From Dehalococcoidia bacterium (lineage in GTDB: Bacteria > Chloroflexota > Dehalococcoidia > Lucifugimonadales > UBA1123), in assembly GCA_034420555.1 (NCBI GenBank), contig DAOULF010000060.1, positions 58 through 64,057 on the forward strand: 64,000 bases of DNA, read 5' to 3'. Position 1 is the stretch's first letter; each line of letters begins with the position of its first letter. A program made the translations under genes and the position numbers. Below, piece by piece: positions 1-8,326 of this stretch. The notes beneath the pieces are model-generated. The model ran no database searches, was not told where the DNA came from, and was given only the letters and a program-made list of their open reading frames with translations.

Positions 1-74
1 TGATGTTTCTCTCCACATCTTATAATCCAACCACCCGAAAGGAAACGCTACCGGTACTGTCAGACCGCTTGTTG

Positions 75-101
75 TAGCATGGATGCCATGCTATCATGCT
101 A
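75..101 (+). promoter_or_regulatory. Palindromic putative operator immediately upstream of higB
   Basis: Perfect inverted repeat TAGCATG-gatgc-CATGCTA (75-93), then a second CATGCTA copy (95-101) ending 3 nt before the higB ATG. This is the usual position for a TA autoregulation operator. Confidence 0.4.
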
Positions 102-103
102 CC

Positions 104-397
104 ATGATCGTATCGTTTAAGGATAGTGGAGCCGAGGATGTCTTTAACGGGCGCGCTACCCGAATGGCCCGGCGGACTTGCCCTCAGGCGATATGGGGAG
201 TAGCGCGTAGAAAGCTTGACCAGCTTGATTCCGCTGCCGTTCTGGGGGATCTTCGCGTACCGCCGGGCAATCGTCTTGAACGGCTGGTTGGCAACCGAAG
301 CGGAGAGTACAGTATTCGCGTCAACGATCAGTTTCGTATCTGCTTCGTATGGACGGAGGCGGGTCCCGCCGAAGTAGAGATAACCGACTATCACTGA
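104..397 (+). CDS. higB: HigB-type (RelE/ParE superfamily) toxin, 'plasmid maintenance system killer' family
   Basis: Translation from ATG 104 (MIVSFKDSGAEDVFNG...GNRSGEYSIRVNDQFRICFVW) matches HigB toxins. An HTH antitoxin gene follows 15 nt downstream. The tracked ORF start at 83 is probably too early. Confidence 0.85.
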   Translation: MIVSFKDSGAEDVFNGRATRMARRTCPQAIWGVARRKLDQLDSAAVLGDLRVPPGNRLERLVGNRSGEYSIRVNDQFRICFVWTEAGPAEVEITDYH

Positions 398-411
398 CCA
401 GGAGACCCAAT

Positions 412-735
412 ATGGTTCGCTTACCGACCGACCGCGAGCCCACACACCCGGGGGAGATGCTACTGAGAGAGTTCCTCATGCCTCTGGGCATGACGCAACA
501 GGACTTGGCTAGCGGGATCCGAGTGCCGTACCAGCGGGTCAACGAGATTGTCCGGGGACGCCGCGGGGTAACCCCGAGCACCGCCTTGCGTCTCGCCAGG
601 TTCTTTGGGGTCTCTCCGGGCTTCTGGATGAATCTGCAACTTCGCTGGGACCTATATCATGCCCAGCGAATCGAATCTGAACAGCTAGAAGCCATCCGGC
701 CTTATGAACACGCCGACGCAGTAGAGAGCCGTTGA
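412..735 (+). CDS. higA: HigA-type antitoxin (XRE-family HTH)
   Basis: From ATG 412: PTHPGEMLLREFLMPLGMTQQDLASGIRVPYQRVNEIVRGRRGVTPSTALRLARFFGVSPGFWMNLQ is the classic HigA/VapI addiction-module antidote sequence. Confidence 0.85.
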   Translation: MVRLPTDREPTHPGEMLLREFLMPLGMTQQDLASGIRVPYQRVNEIVRGRRGVTPSTALRLARFFGVSPGFWMNLQLRWDLYHAQRIESEQLEAIRPYEHADAVESR

Positions 736-815
736 CGCTCCTGAAACCGACAGTAAGGGTATCCACACCAAAGATAACTGACGACTGTAATTGAGCGCTG
801 AAGAACTCTGATTGT

Positions 816-892
816 TGGTGGGCCATCCTGGACTCGAACCAGGGACCTCAGTCTTATCAGGACTGCGCTCTAACCGACTGAGCTAATGGCCC
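816..892 (-). tRNA. tRNA-Ile (anticodon GAU), CCA encoded
   Basis: The reverse complement reads GGGCCATTAGCTCAGTCGGTTAGAGCGCAGTCCTGATAAGACTGAGGTCCCTGGTTCGAGTCCAGGATGGCCCACCA. It has a 7-bp acceptor stem (GGGCCAT/ATGGCCC), anticodon loop CTGATAA, a GTTCGAGTC T-loop and a terminal CCA. Confidence 0.9.
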
Positions 893-922
893 ACTTTGAG
901 AGGGGAGGGGAAGTGGGGAGGG

Positions 923-1342
923 TTATTCTGTTGGCTTGCCCGTCTCCGGGTCGAATTCGACGACTATCTCAACGGGCGCGTTGCGCGCTACGATCAACTC
1001 CATCGTCTCCGATAGGCTGTCGTTCACCGGCTGGTGTACCGAGTCCGGCGGCACGTAGATGAAGTCGCCCTCCGCGATGTCCAGCGACTTCTCCAGGTGT
1101 ATGCCCGTGAGAAATCGCCCTTTTCCCTTGGAAACGTAGATCGCCGACTCGCAGTTGACGTGGTAGTGAGGACTGGACGCGCATCCGGGAGGGATGGTGG
1201 CTATCGCCAAGTGTATCCCCTCCGCGCCGCCGAGCGCTTGGGAGACGCCTGCGAGGCGGGTCATGCTACCCGAGTTTATCTCTACTTCCAAGCCGTCGGG
1301 GTGGACGACCTGGCACTCTGCTGTCAGTTGCGAACTCATCAA
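923..1342 (-). CDS. Cupin-domain protein
   Basis: 139-aa ORF of single beta-barrel size with a cupin metal-site pattern (SSPHYHVNCESAIYV ... GDFIYVPPDSVHQPVN). Confidence 0.75.
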   Translation of the reverse strand: MMSSQLTAECQVVHPDGLEVEINSGSMTRLAGVSQALGGAEGIHLAIATIPPGCASSPHYHVNCESAIYVSKGKGRFLTGIHLEKSLDIAEGDFIYVPPDSVHQPVNDSLSETMELIVARNAPVEIVVEFDPETGKPTE

Positions 1343-1390
1343 GTTGAGTATATCTTTACGCCAAAATCAGTGTCAAGGAAGGCTGAGCCT

Positions 1391-1500
1391 TCGAACCTGT
1401 ATCAGCTTGGTCGGTAGGGGAGTCACCCCCATCCTAACCTTCCCCCATCAAGGGGGAAGGGAATTTTCTCGCCACAGGCAGCGCCGACTAAATTGGTACA
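1391..1500 (+). repeat. 110-bp REP/MITE-like element, long form, copy 1 (inverted partner at 59073-59182)
   Basis: The reverse complement of tcgaacctgtatcagcttggtcggtaggggagtcacccccatcctaaccttcccccatcaagggggaagggaattttctcgccacaggcagcgccgactaaattggta matches 59073-59182 with only about 3 mismatches. The core hairpin is CCTTCCCCC-atcaa-GGGGGAAGG. Confidence 0.8.
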
Positions 1501-1551
1501 GCATCCAGCCTGCACCTCCGACTTATATCCTACAGTATCGAGAAAGCGAGT

Positions 1552-2052
1552 TTGCTTTTGGCTAGCGAGGACTTCAGGTTCAAGTGTATAGAGCGGGTCC
1601 GCTGGTCGGACTGCGACGCGCAGGGCATAGTGTTCAACGGCTCCTACTTCGACTATCTGGAAGTTGCGCAGGCCGCGTATTTTCGCAATCTCGGATTCGT
1701 CCTGTACGACCCTGAGGGCAGGCGGCATTTCGACACCGCTACCGTGAAGGCGACCCTCGAATACATCTCGCCCGCAAGGGTGGACGACCTAATTGACATC
1801 CACTGGAAGGTCGAGCGCATCGGCAACACGAGCCTGACTACTCGTAGTGAGATACACAACCGCGCCTCCGGCGACCTGCTTCTGCGCGCCGAGATCATCT
1901 ACGTGAACTTCGACAGCGACGCCGGCGTCTCCCGCCGCGTCCAGGACGACCTGCGCACGCTTATAGAGACCTACGAGAAGACGGGTGAAATCATCCCGCT
2001 GGACGAACTTCCCGAACTCGCCGGGCTCACGCGAGCCGAGCCGGTAGTGTAG
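1552..2052 (+). CDS. Acyl-CoA thioesterase, hotdog fold (4HBT/YbgC-like)
   Basis: 166-aa ORF. RVRWSDCDAQGIVFNGSYFDYLEVAQAAYFRNLG is typical of 4-hydroxybenzoyl-CoA thioesterase-type proteins. Confidence 0.75.
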   Translation: MLLASEDFRFKCIERVRWSDCDAQGIVFNGSYFDYLEVAQAAYFRNLGFVLYDPEGRRHFDTATVKATLEYISPARVDDLIDIHWKVERIGNTSLTTRSEIHNRASGDLLLRAEIIYVNFDSDAGVSRRVQDDLRTLIETYEKTGEIIPLDELPELAGLTRAEPVV

Positions 2053-2056
2053 GGGC

Positions 2057-2401
2057 CTATACGTCCACTCTCACGACCACCGCCGCGTTCGCTATGACTG
2101 TCTTGTCTCCCGACCCCTCGCGCGGCTCTATCTCTAGCCCGCCTTCGACGGTCGTGAGTCGCCCCTTGCCATGTGGGAGGACGGCGAGCACGGTATCGGC
2201 GTCAACGGCGTCCGGCTGGGGTATAGCGACCGTCACGTCCACTATCATCTCCTTGGAGGTGTCTGGCCCCAGCATTCCCAGGAACATCAGGCTGCTCTGG
2301 TGAACCGCGTTCCAGACCGCTCGCCGCGCCGCCTCCGTGTAGTCCTGGCCGTGAAGGTCAATTCCTGTTCCGATTTCCAGTATCGCGGGCTGAAGCGCCA
2401 T
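2057..2401 (-). CDS. Small conserved protein, Lin0512-family-like, function unknown
   Basis: 114-aa ORF. The N-terminus (LEIGTGIDLHGQDYTEAARRAVWNAVHQSS) resembles the Lin0512 family. Assigned from memory of the family motif only. Confidence 0.55.
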   Translation of the reverse strand: MALQPAILEIGTGIDLHGQDYTEAARRAVWNAVHQSSLMFLGMLGPDTSKEMIVDVTVAIPQPDAVDADTVLAVLPHGKGRLTTVEGGLEIEPREGSGDKTVIANAAVVVRVDV

Positions 2402-2464
2402 TTTATTCTCCTGTGCATTCGGTTGTTAGTTTTTCTATCGTGATGTAGAATCTTAGCACGTTGA

Positions 2465-2539
2465 GCGGGTGTAACTCAGGGGTAGAGTGTTTGCTTCCCA
2501 AGCAAAATGTCGTGGGTTCGAATCCCATCACCCGCTCCA
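2465..2539 (+). tRNA. tRNA-Gly (anticodon CCC), CCA encoded
   Basis: GCGGGTGTAACTCAGGGGTAGAGTGTTTGCTTCCCAAGCAAAATGTCGTGGGTTCGAATCCCATCACCCGCTCCA. The acceptor stem is GCGGGTG/CACCCGC, the anticodon stem-loop is TTTGC-TTCCCAA-GCAAA, and the T-loop is GGTTCGAATCC. Confidence 0.9.
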
Positions 2540-2614
2540 TTTATAGCCAGCCGCCCGCGCCCTGGGCAATACGCCCCGTTTTGATTCAGCGTTGGTGCGC
2601 GGCTGTTTTGCGTA

Positions 2615-3571
2615 GTGGGGGTTCTTTCATTGGCATACGTGGTAGATGAAAACTATCGGAGCAAGGTGCGCAAGCCCGGCGACTTCGACGAATTCTGGGA
2701 CGACGTGAAGGCGCAGGTCGCCCGCGTTGACCTGGCTCCCGAAGTAGTACCCGATCCTCTGCGCTCGGACGATGATGTAGAGGTCTTCCAGGTGTTCTAT
2801 AACAGCCTGGACAACGTGAGAGTCGCGGCCTGGTACTGTCTTCCGAGGGACGCCGGAGGCACGCTGCCCGCTATCCTGGCGGTGCCGGGCTACCAGAGCG
2901 ATCCGCCCATACCCAAGGAGTGGGCGAGGCGAGGATACGCGGCACTCGGAGCCGCGCCGCGCGGCAAGCTGCGCTCCAACGCGCAGTTCAATCCCGGCTA
3001 CCCGGGTCTGCTCACCTATGGCATGGTTGACCGCAACGTCTATTCGTACAGGGGCTTCTACGTGGACGCATGGCGCGGTGTTGACTTCCTGCTGTCCAGG
3101 GACGAGGTTGACTCCGACAGGATAGGCGTCACCGGCAGCAGCCAGGGGGGAGGGCTGACCCTCTGCACAGCCGCGATGCGGGACGAGATCAAGGCCGCCG
3201 CCGCGGGCGCGCCCTACCTGACCGGCTTCATGGACTCGATAGAACTCACCAGTACCTACCCGTACCAGGAGATCAACGACTATCTCAGGCTGCACCCCGA
3301 AAGGCGCGAGCGCGTCGAGCAAACTCTGAACTACTTCGACTGCATCAACTTCGCCGACAGCATAACCTGTCCAATCATCGTGAATATCGGTCTCCAGGAC
3401 AACGTGTGTCCCCCTGAGACCGGCTACGCGCTCTTCGACAAGATTGCCAGCGAAGACAAGGGGATGTACGCTTACGATGGGCAGGGACACAGCGCCGGAC
3501 GGGACGAACACGATCCGATCATCGTCAAATTCTTTGACCAACACCTCAACAGGGAGGCGCCCAATGGCTGA
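2615..3571 (+). CDS. Acetyl xylan esterase / cephalosporin-C deacetylase family (AXE1/CE7-like) serine hydrolase
   Basis: 318 aa. It has an N-terminal DFDEFWDDVKAQV region and a nucleophile elbow GVTGSSQGGGLTL (GxSQGG). The start codon is uncertain (non-ATG in the track). Confidence 0.8.
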   Translation: MGVLSLAYVVDENYRSKVRKPGDFDEFWDDVKAQVARVDLAPEVVPDPLRSDDDVEVFQVFYNSLDNVRVAAWYCLPRDAGGTLPAILAVPGYQSDPPIPKEWARRGYAALGAAPRGKLRSNAQFNPGYPGLLTYGMVDRNVYSYRGFYVDAWRGVDFLLSRDEVDSDRIGVTGSSQGGGLTLCTAAMRDEIKAAAAGAPYLTGFMDSIELTSTYPYQEINDYLRLHPERRERVEQTLNYFDCINFADSITCPIIVNIGLQDNVCPPETGYALFDKIASEDKGMYAYDGQGHSAGRDEHDPIIVKFFDQHLNREAPNG

Positions 3572-4478
3572 CGCCGACTACACCAGGCCAAGCGGCTTCG
3601 ACGCCTACTGGGACGCCGTTCTTGCCGAACTCGACGCCACGCCCGCCGAGCCCGAAATCGAGGTCATACCGCTGAGGGAGACCGACTTCGCCACGCTCCA
3701 CGGCGTTCACATCACAAGCATTGGCCCGTACAGGCTCTTTGGATATCTGAGCGTTCCGAAGGGTGACGGCCCGCATCCCGCCATCTACTGGCCTCCCAAG
3801 TACGCCAGCGTGCTGGAGATTATCCCGCAGGGGACCGCGAACGCTGTCCGAAGCCAGTTCGTCACCTTCTCACTTGCGGGCAGGGGACAGCGAAACTCGG
3901 ACAAGCCCTTCGCCGCCATGTTCCCGGGCCTGCTCACTGAGGGCATATCGTCGTCCGAAAGCTACGTCTTCCGGGGTATCGTGGCTGACGCGATACGCGG
4001 CTTGGAATTCCTGAACTCTCTGGACTACGTAGATAAGTCGCGGACCGTGGTCATAGGCAACGACGTGGCCATGCAGACCCTCGCCCTCCGCCCCGGCGCC
4101 ACCCACCTCGTCTGCACTCCGGCGCTGTTCTACGATCCGCTTGGTGTGGCCCCGAAGACGCAGGGCTACCCACTCCAAGAGTACAATGACTACCTGAGCG
4201 CCTATCCGTCGGACGAGGATTCGGTCGCCGATACGCTCTCCCACTTCGACCTGCGCGCCTTCGCTGGTGGCATCAACGCGACGACGCTGATAAACGCCGG
4301 GCCTGCGGGCTCCATCCTGGCGCCGGATGCGCTTCGTCCCGTATCGGACGCCATAGACGGCGACGTGACCATGTACGCCTCCCAGCATTCCAGCTACAGG
4401 GACGGCCTCTACATGGAACGCTGGATAGCCGACAACCTGGGACTGGACGCGCCGATCCTCCCCGAACACTGGCAGTAG
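3564..4478 (+). CDS. AXE1-like alpha/beta-fold paralog lacking the nucleophile serine motif
   Basis: ATG 3564 overlaps the upstream stop (ATGGCTGA). The N-terminus FDAYWDAVLAELDATPAEPE parallels the upstream gene. The position of the GxSxG elbow reads VVIGNDVAMQTL, with no Ser. Confidence 0.65.
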   Translation: MADADYTRPSGFDAYWDAVLAELDATPAEPEIEVIPLRETDFATLHGVHITSIGPYRLFGYLSVPKGDGPHPAIYWPPKYASVLEIIPQGTANAVRSQFVTFSLAGRGQRNSDKPFAAMFPGLLTEGISSSESYVFRGIVADAIRGLEFLNSLDYVDKSRTVVIGNDVAMQTLALRPGATHLVCTPALFYDPLGVAPKTQGYPLQEYNDYLSAYPSDEDSVADTLSHFDLRAFAGGINATTLINAGPAGSILAPDALRPVSDAIDGDVTMYASQHSSYRDGLYMERWIADNLGLDAPILPEHWQ

Positions 4479-4487
4479 GTCCTGTCC

Positions 4488-5867
4488 ATGGCCACTCCCT
4501 CTATCAAGATAGAAAACGTTCTGTACGCGCTCACGATGGATGCCGAGAGACGCATCATCACCGACGCCTCGATCCTGATAGAGGGCGACACCATTACGCG
4601 CGTGGGCAAGTCCTCGGAACTGGCGAGTGTTGCCGCAGACCGGACGATTGACGCGAGCGACTTCGTTCTCACCCCCGGCTTCATTGGCGGGCATATGCAC
4701 ATCAGCTACGCCCACGCCACGCGCGGCATATTCCCCGACGACCTGGGCCCCGACTACCTGCCCAACGTCTTCAGGCTCCAGAGCGTCATGTCCGCCGAGG
4801 AGGAGCGTCTGACCTCGCTTCTCGGAATCACAGAACTTCTCAAGTACGGCGTGACCACCTTCGTGGATCCGGGCAGCACGAAGCACATCGCTGCCTGCCT
4901 GGACGCTTACCGGACAGCCGGATGCCGTATCGTCACCGGGACGCAGGTCACCGACAGCCACAACCCGCTCAACGTGCCGACATACGACACCGACGAGGCG
5001 CTGGCCATTACCGAGCAGACCATAGCCGAGTTCGACGGCGAACTGGACGGCATGGTCTCCGCCTGGGCGATGCCATTCTCATCCGAGTACGCCTCGCCCG
5101 AACTGCTCTCCGGAGTCGCGCGGATAGCGAAGGACAGCGAGACCCGCGCCACTATCCACCACAGCTTCAGCGACGCCGCTACCGAGGACTGGAAGGCGCG
5201 GACCGGCGCCACGCCCACGGGCTTCCTGCAAGAGATGGGCTTCCTCGACCAGGACGTTCTGCTCGCCCACGCGCTGGGCATAACCGGAGACGATGTTGGC
5301 CTAATTGCCGAATCCGGCGCATCGGTGGCGATGTGCCCTCCCGCCGCCGCGAAGGGCGGGGCAGGCATGACCCAAAGCGCGCTGCTGCCCGAACTGCTGG
5401 ACGCGGGCGTGAAAGTGGCCCTAGGGACCGACGCTCCCAACAACTCGAACCTCATAGAGACGCTGAGGGCCATGTACCTCGCCGCCATCCTGTACAAGGA
5501 CGGCAGGGGGGATGTGTCCATGATACCCGCGGAGACCGCGCTCGAACTGGGTACGGTGACCGGAGCCGAGGCGCTGGGCATGTCCGAAAGCATTGGCTCC
5601 ATCGAGGCGGGCAAGAAGGCCGACCTGGTATTGTTCGACACGATGCGCCCGGAGTGGCGGACCCTGTTCAATCCCGTGAACAACCTGGTGTACTCAGCGG
5701 ATGGGCGCAGCGTTCACACCGTCATCGTGAACGGCAAGATCGTCGTCAGCGACCATGCTCCGACTTTCGTGGACGAGCGCGAACTGATAGGCGATGTCCA
5801 GCGAATCGGTGAGAGTATGCTGGCGCGTTCCGGCGTCTCTTTCCCGTCCCGATGGCCCGTCACATAG
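4488..5867 (+). CDS. Metal-dependent amidohydrolase (chlorohydrolase/aminohydrolase subfamily)
   Basis: 459 aa. Supporting motifs are ILIEGDTITRVG, TPGFIGGHMHISYAH (HxH-type metal motif), ALGTDAPNNSN, and a C-terminal KKADLVLFD...VIVNGKIVV as in the Amidohydro_1 family. Confidence 0.8.
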   Translation: MATPSIKIENVLYALTMDAERRIITDASILIEGDTITRVGKSSELASVAADRTIDASDFVLTPGFIGGHMHISYAHATRGIFPDDLGPDYLPNVFRLQSVMSAEEERLTSLLGITELLKYGVTTFVDPGSTKHIAACLDAYRTAGCRIVTGTQVTDSHNPLNVPTYDTDEALAITEQTIAEFDGELDGMVSAWAMPFSSEYASPELLSGVARIAKDSETRATIHHSFSDAATEDWKARTGATPTGFLQEMGFLDQDVLLAHALGITGDDVGLIAESGASVAMCPPAAAKGGAGMTQSALLPELLDAGVKVALGTDAPNNSNLIETLRAMYLAAILYKDGRGDVSMIPAETALELGTVTGAEALGMSESIGSIEAGKKADLVLFDTMRPEWRTLFNPVNNLVYSADGRSVHTVIVNGKIVVSDHAPTFVDERELIGDVQRIGESMLARSGVSFPSRWPVT

Positions 5868-7048
5868 TCTGTCGGCGTGTCGCGGATTTGGGCAAGGCAG
5901 ACGTAATGGCAGTCCTGGAAGCGAACATCACCTCCGAGAAGCGTTTCTCCGATCTTTGGGAACGCTCCATTGAACTGCGCCCCGACGTTGTGGATGGGGA
6001 CGGCAACAGGTACGAAGTCGTATTCCCGGGGGTCAGGAACCAGGCAGCCGGCCCCGACTTCAAGGGCGCGGTCCTCAGACGCGACGGTCGCACCTTCGGT
6101 GGCGACGTAGAGCTCCACCTGGAGCAGTCCGGCTGGAGGGCGCATGGCCATCATGCCGATCCAGCCTACGATGGCGTCGTTCTCCAGGTCGTTCTGAGAT
6201 TGGTGCGTAACCCCGATCATTTCACCGGCCCGCCCACGGCCACCGCGACATTTCCAGAGCGCGCCGCCGAATCCTCAAGCTTGCCGGAAATCTCGCCCTC
6301 CGACCTGGAAGAGTTGGGAGTACAGAGATTCCTGGCCAAGAGCGCGGGCTTCCATCTGGAACTCGACGCTGGCGCATCCCCTGACCAAATCGTGTACCAG
6401 GGCATGATGGAGGCGATGGGCTACGCGAGGAACCGCAAGCCGTTTCTCGCGCTGTCCAGGGCTGCGCCCCTGTCGCTGTTCACGCCCCTCAAGGACGAAC
6501 CGCGCCGGACAGCCGAGTTCGGAGTGTTCGCGGCGCTGGCGATTGTCGGAAATGTTCTTGAACGAGTCGCGTCTCCTGAGCGCGACCAGATTCGCAGGGT
6601 GGCTTCGATGCTCGGAGCACGCTCCCGCCTATCCGCGCGAGACTGGAGCATGTTCAGGGTCAGGCCGAGCGCAGATCCGGTCAATCGCATGAGGGCGATG
6701 GGGTTCATCCTGGCTTCCGGCTTGGGCGAAAGTCTCTCTGAGCGTATGCAAGCCGTGTTCGAGCGCGGCGGCGCGAACGGCCTGGTCAGGGTAGTCTCGG
6801 ACGCGCCGCATATTGGTCGCGGCTTCGCGCTTGTAATCGCGTCGAATGTTCTGCTGCCCTGTCTGTATGCGATACGCCCCTCCGAGGGAATCGTCTCCGA
6901 ATTTCAGAAGATGCCTTCACCACCCGGTGACTCGGTCACAAGGGGAATGGCGAATGTCCTCGGCGAGCGAATCAGGCCGGCGAACGCCGCGCAACATTCG
7001 GGGCTTCACGCGCTGGCGAAGTCGCGCTCCTGGCCGGGCCGCATTTAG
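5852..7048 (+). CDS. DUF2851-family protein
   Basis: The core NQAAGPDFKGAVLRRDGRTFGGDVELHLEQSGWRAHGHHADPAYDGVVLQVVL matches the conserved DUF2851 block (GPDF...VE(I/L)H...W..HGH..D..YD.V(I/V)L). The start could be ATG 5852, which overlaps the upstream gene, or ATG 5906. Confidence 0.7.
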   Translation: MARHIVCRRVADLGKADVMAVLEANITSEKRFSDLWERSIELRPDVVDGDGNRYEVVFPGVRNQAAGPDFKGAVLRRDGRTFGGDVELHLEQSGWRAHGHHADPAYDGVVLQVVLRLVRNPDHFTGPPTATATFPERAAESSSLPEISPSDLEELGVQRFLAKSAGFHLELDAGASPDQIVYQGMMEAMGYARNRKPFLALSRAAPLSLFTPLKDEPRRTAEFGVFAALAIVGNVLERVASPERDQIRRVASMLGARSRLSARDWSMFRVRPSADPVNRMRAMGFILASGLGESLSERMQAVFERGGANGLVRVVSDAPHIGRGFALVIASNVLLPCLYAIRPSEGIVSEFQKMPSPPGDSVTRGMANVLGERIRPANAAQHSGLHALAKSRSWPGRI

Positions 7049-7057
7049 GAGCGGACA

Positions 7058-7645
7058 TTAGAAGAGGGCGAGAAGTTCCCTCGCCTCCCTGATGACTGGC
7101 CTGTCGTAGATGCGGATGGGGTTGGCGACCTCCAGCGCTTTTTCCAGGTCGACGCGCGCTTCGACCTTCCTGCCCTCGTCCAGATGAACCTTCGCCCTCG
7201 CCACGTAGGTTCCGGCGTATTCAGGCTCCAGCTCGATGGCTTTGTCGAAGTCTTCCAGCGCCAGCGCCAGCCGCTCGTCGCCGTAGAACGCGAGCCCCCG
7301 CCGGTAGTACGCCCTGCCGAAGTCGGGCAGCTTTCTTATCACCAGGTCGAAGGCGGTGATGGCGTCGTCGAACTCCTGAACTTCAAGAAGCCTGACGGCG
7401 CGGCTGTACTCGAACAGCGCCGCCGTCTGGACCGTAGGAGTGGGTTCAGGTTCGGCTGTGGGTTCGGGTGTCGAGGTAGGCTCAGGTGTTGGCGCCGGTA
7501 CAGGCGTGGAGGTGGGCGCTGGCGTATGGGTTGGAACCGGGGTAGGCTCAGGCGTCGGTGTAGGCGTGGGTTCGGGGCTGGAACAGGCCAGAGCCAGAAC
7601 CATGAGTACGATTCCCGAAGCCAGAGTTGCGCTAATCTTGGTCAT
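7058..7645 (-). CDS. TPR-repeat lipoprotein with Pro/Thr-rich linker
   Basis: It has a signal peptide and lipobox ([11 protein letters not shown]), a ~50-aa PEPTPTPTP... low-complexity linker, and C-terminal TPR repeats ([33 protein letters not shown]). Confidence 0.75.
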   Translation of the reverse strand: MTKISATLASGIVLMVLALACSSPEPTPTPTPEPTPVPTHTPAPTSTPVPAPTPEPTSTPEPTAEPEPTPTVQTAALFEYSRAVRLLEVQEFDDAITAFDLVIRKLPDFGRAYYRRGLAFYGDERLALALEDFDKAIELEPEYAGTYVARAKVHLDEGRKVEARVDLEKALEVANPIRIYDRPVIREARELLALF

Positions 7646-7796
7646 TATGCTGATCTGTGAACCTCTTTTGCGAGATTTATCGTTTGCCGTTCAGCATAGC
7701 ATACGCGCGGGAGGCGGTAGGGGGTTTTCTCCGCGCCCCCAATGGAATACAGTATGCGGGACACTGAATCAACCTGGTTTACTCGAGGGAAGCGCC

Positions 7797-8309
7797 GTGA
7801 TTAGAACATTGGATGGAATTACACCCAGGATTCACCCGACCGCCTTCGTGAGCGAGGCGGCATACGTAATCGGAGACGTGGAAATTGGGGAAGGCTCGAG
7901 CGTCTGGCCCGGAAGCGTCATCCGGGGCGACATGGGTAAGATAACGATTGGCAAGTACACCTGCGTACAGGACAACTCGGTCGTCCACTGCGACACCGAC
8001 GCGACCATCGGCGACTACGTGGTCATAGGCCACCGCGTGGTGTGCCACGCGAAGAACGTCGGCGCCAGGACGCTGCTGGGCAACGGCGCAGTGGTCAACG
8101 ACGGCGTGGAGATAGGCGACGAGTGCGTCGTCGCCTCCGGCGCGGTCGTTCTGGACGACATGCAGGTGCCCGACCGCTCGATAGTCGTCGGTGTGCCGGG
8201 CCGCGTGCGCGGCCAGGTGCAGGACAGGCACCTGGAACTGGGCGAATACTTCAACAAGGTCTATGTTCTGAAGACGCAGCGCTACAAGAGGAACGGCGGA
8301 CTGGAGTAG
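7797..8309 (+). CDS. Gamma-carbonic-anhydrase-like / hexapeptide-repeat (YrdA/PaaY family) protein
   Basis: Left-handed beta-helix repeats (PRIHPTAFVSEAAYVIGDVEIGEGSSVWPGSVIRGD...). The first 357 nt of the tracked ORF (7440-7796) is the Gly/Val-rich antisense shadow of the Pro/Thr gene, so GTG 7797 is preferred as the start. Confidence 0.8.
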   Translation: MIRTLDGITPRIHPTAFVSEAAYVIGDVEIGEGSSVWPGSVIRGDMGKITIGKYTCVQDNSVVHCDTDATIGDYVVIGHRVVCHAKNVGARTLLGNGAVVNDGVEIGDECVVASGAVVLDDMQVPDRSIVVGVPGRVRGQVQDRHLELGEYFNKVYVLKTQRYKRNGGLE

Positions 8310-8326
8310 TCCTTCGGATTCGGGCG

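Noticed and set aside
1194-1728. ORFs 1194-1565 (+) and 1423-1728 (-), and likewise 58549-59166 (-), containing ...VGRGVTPILTFPHQGGREFSRH...
   Set aside because: These only translate the 110-bp REP/MITE-like element and adjacent non-coding DNA or antisense of real genes. The same peptide recurs wherever the repeat occurs.
2461-2649. 62-aa ORF
   Set aside because: It overlaps tRNA-Gly (2465-2539) and is spurious.
2627-4961. Long minus-strand ORFs 2627-3544 (305 aa) and 3870-4961 (363 aa)
   Set aside because: They are antisense shadows of the AXE1, AXE1-like and amidohydrolase genes. The sense-strand products carry family motifs and the antisense ones do not.
7440-7796. Gly/Val/Ser-rich N-terminal extension of the hexapeptide-repeat protein ORF
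   Set aside because: It is the reverse-complement reading of the Pro/Thr-rich linker of the lipoprotein gene on the other strand. The conserved gamma-CA-like sequence begins at GTG 7797.
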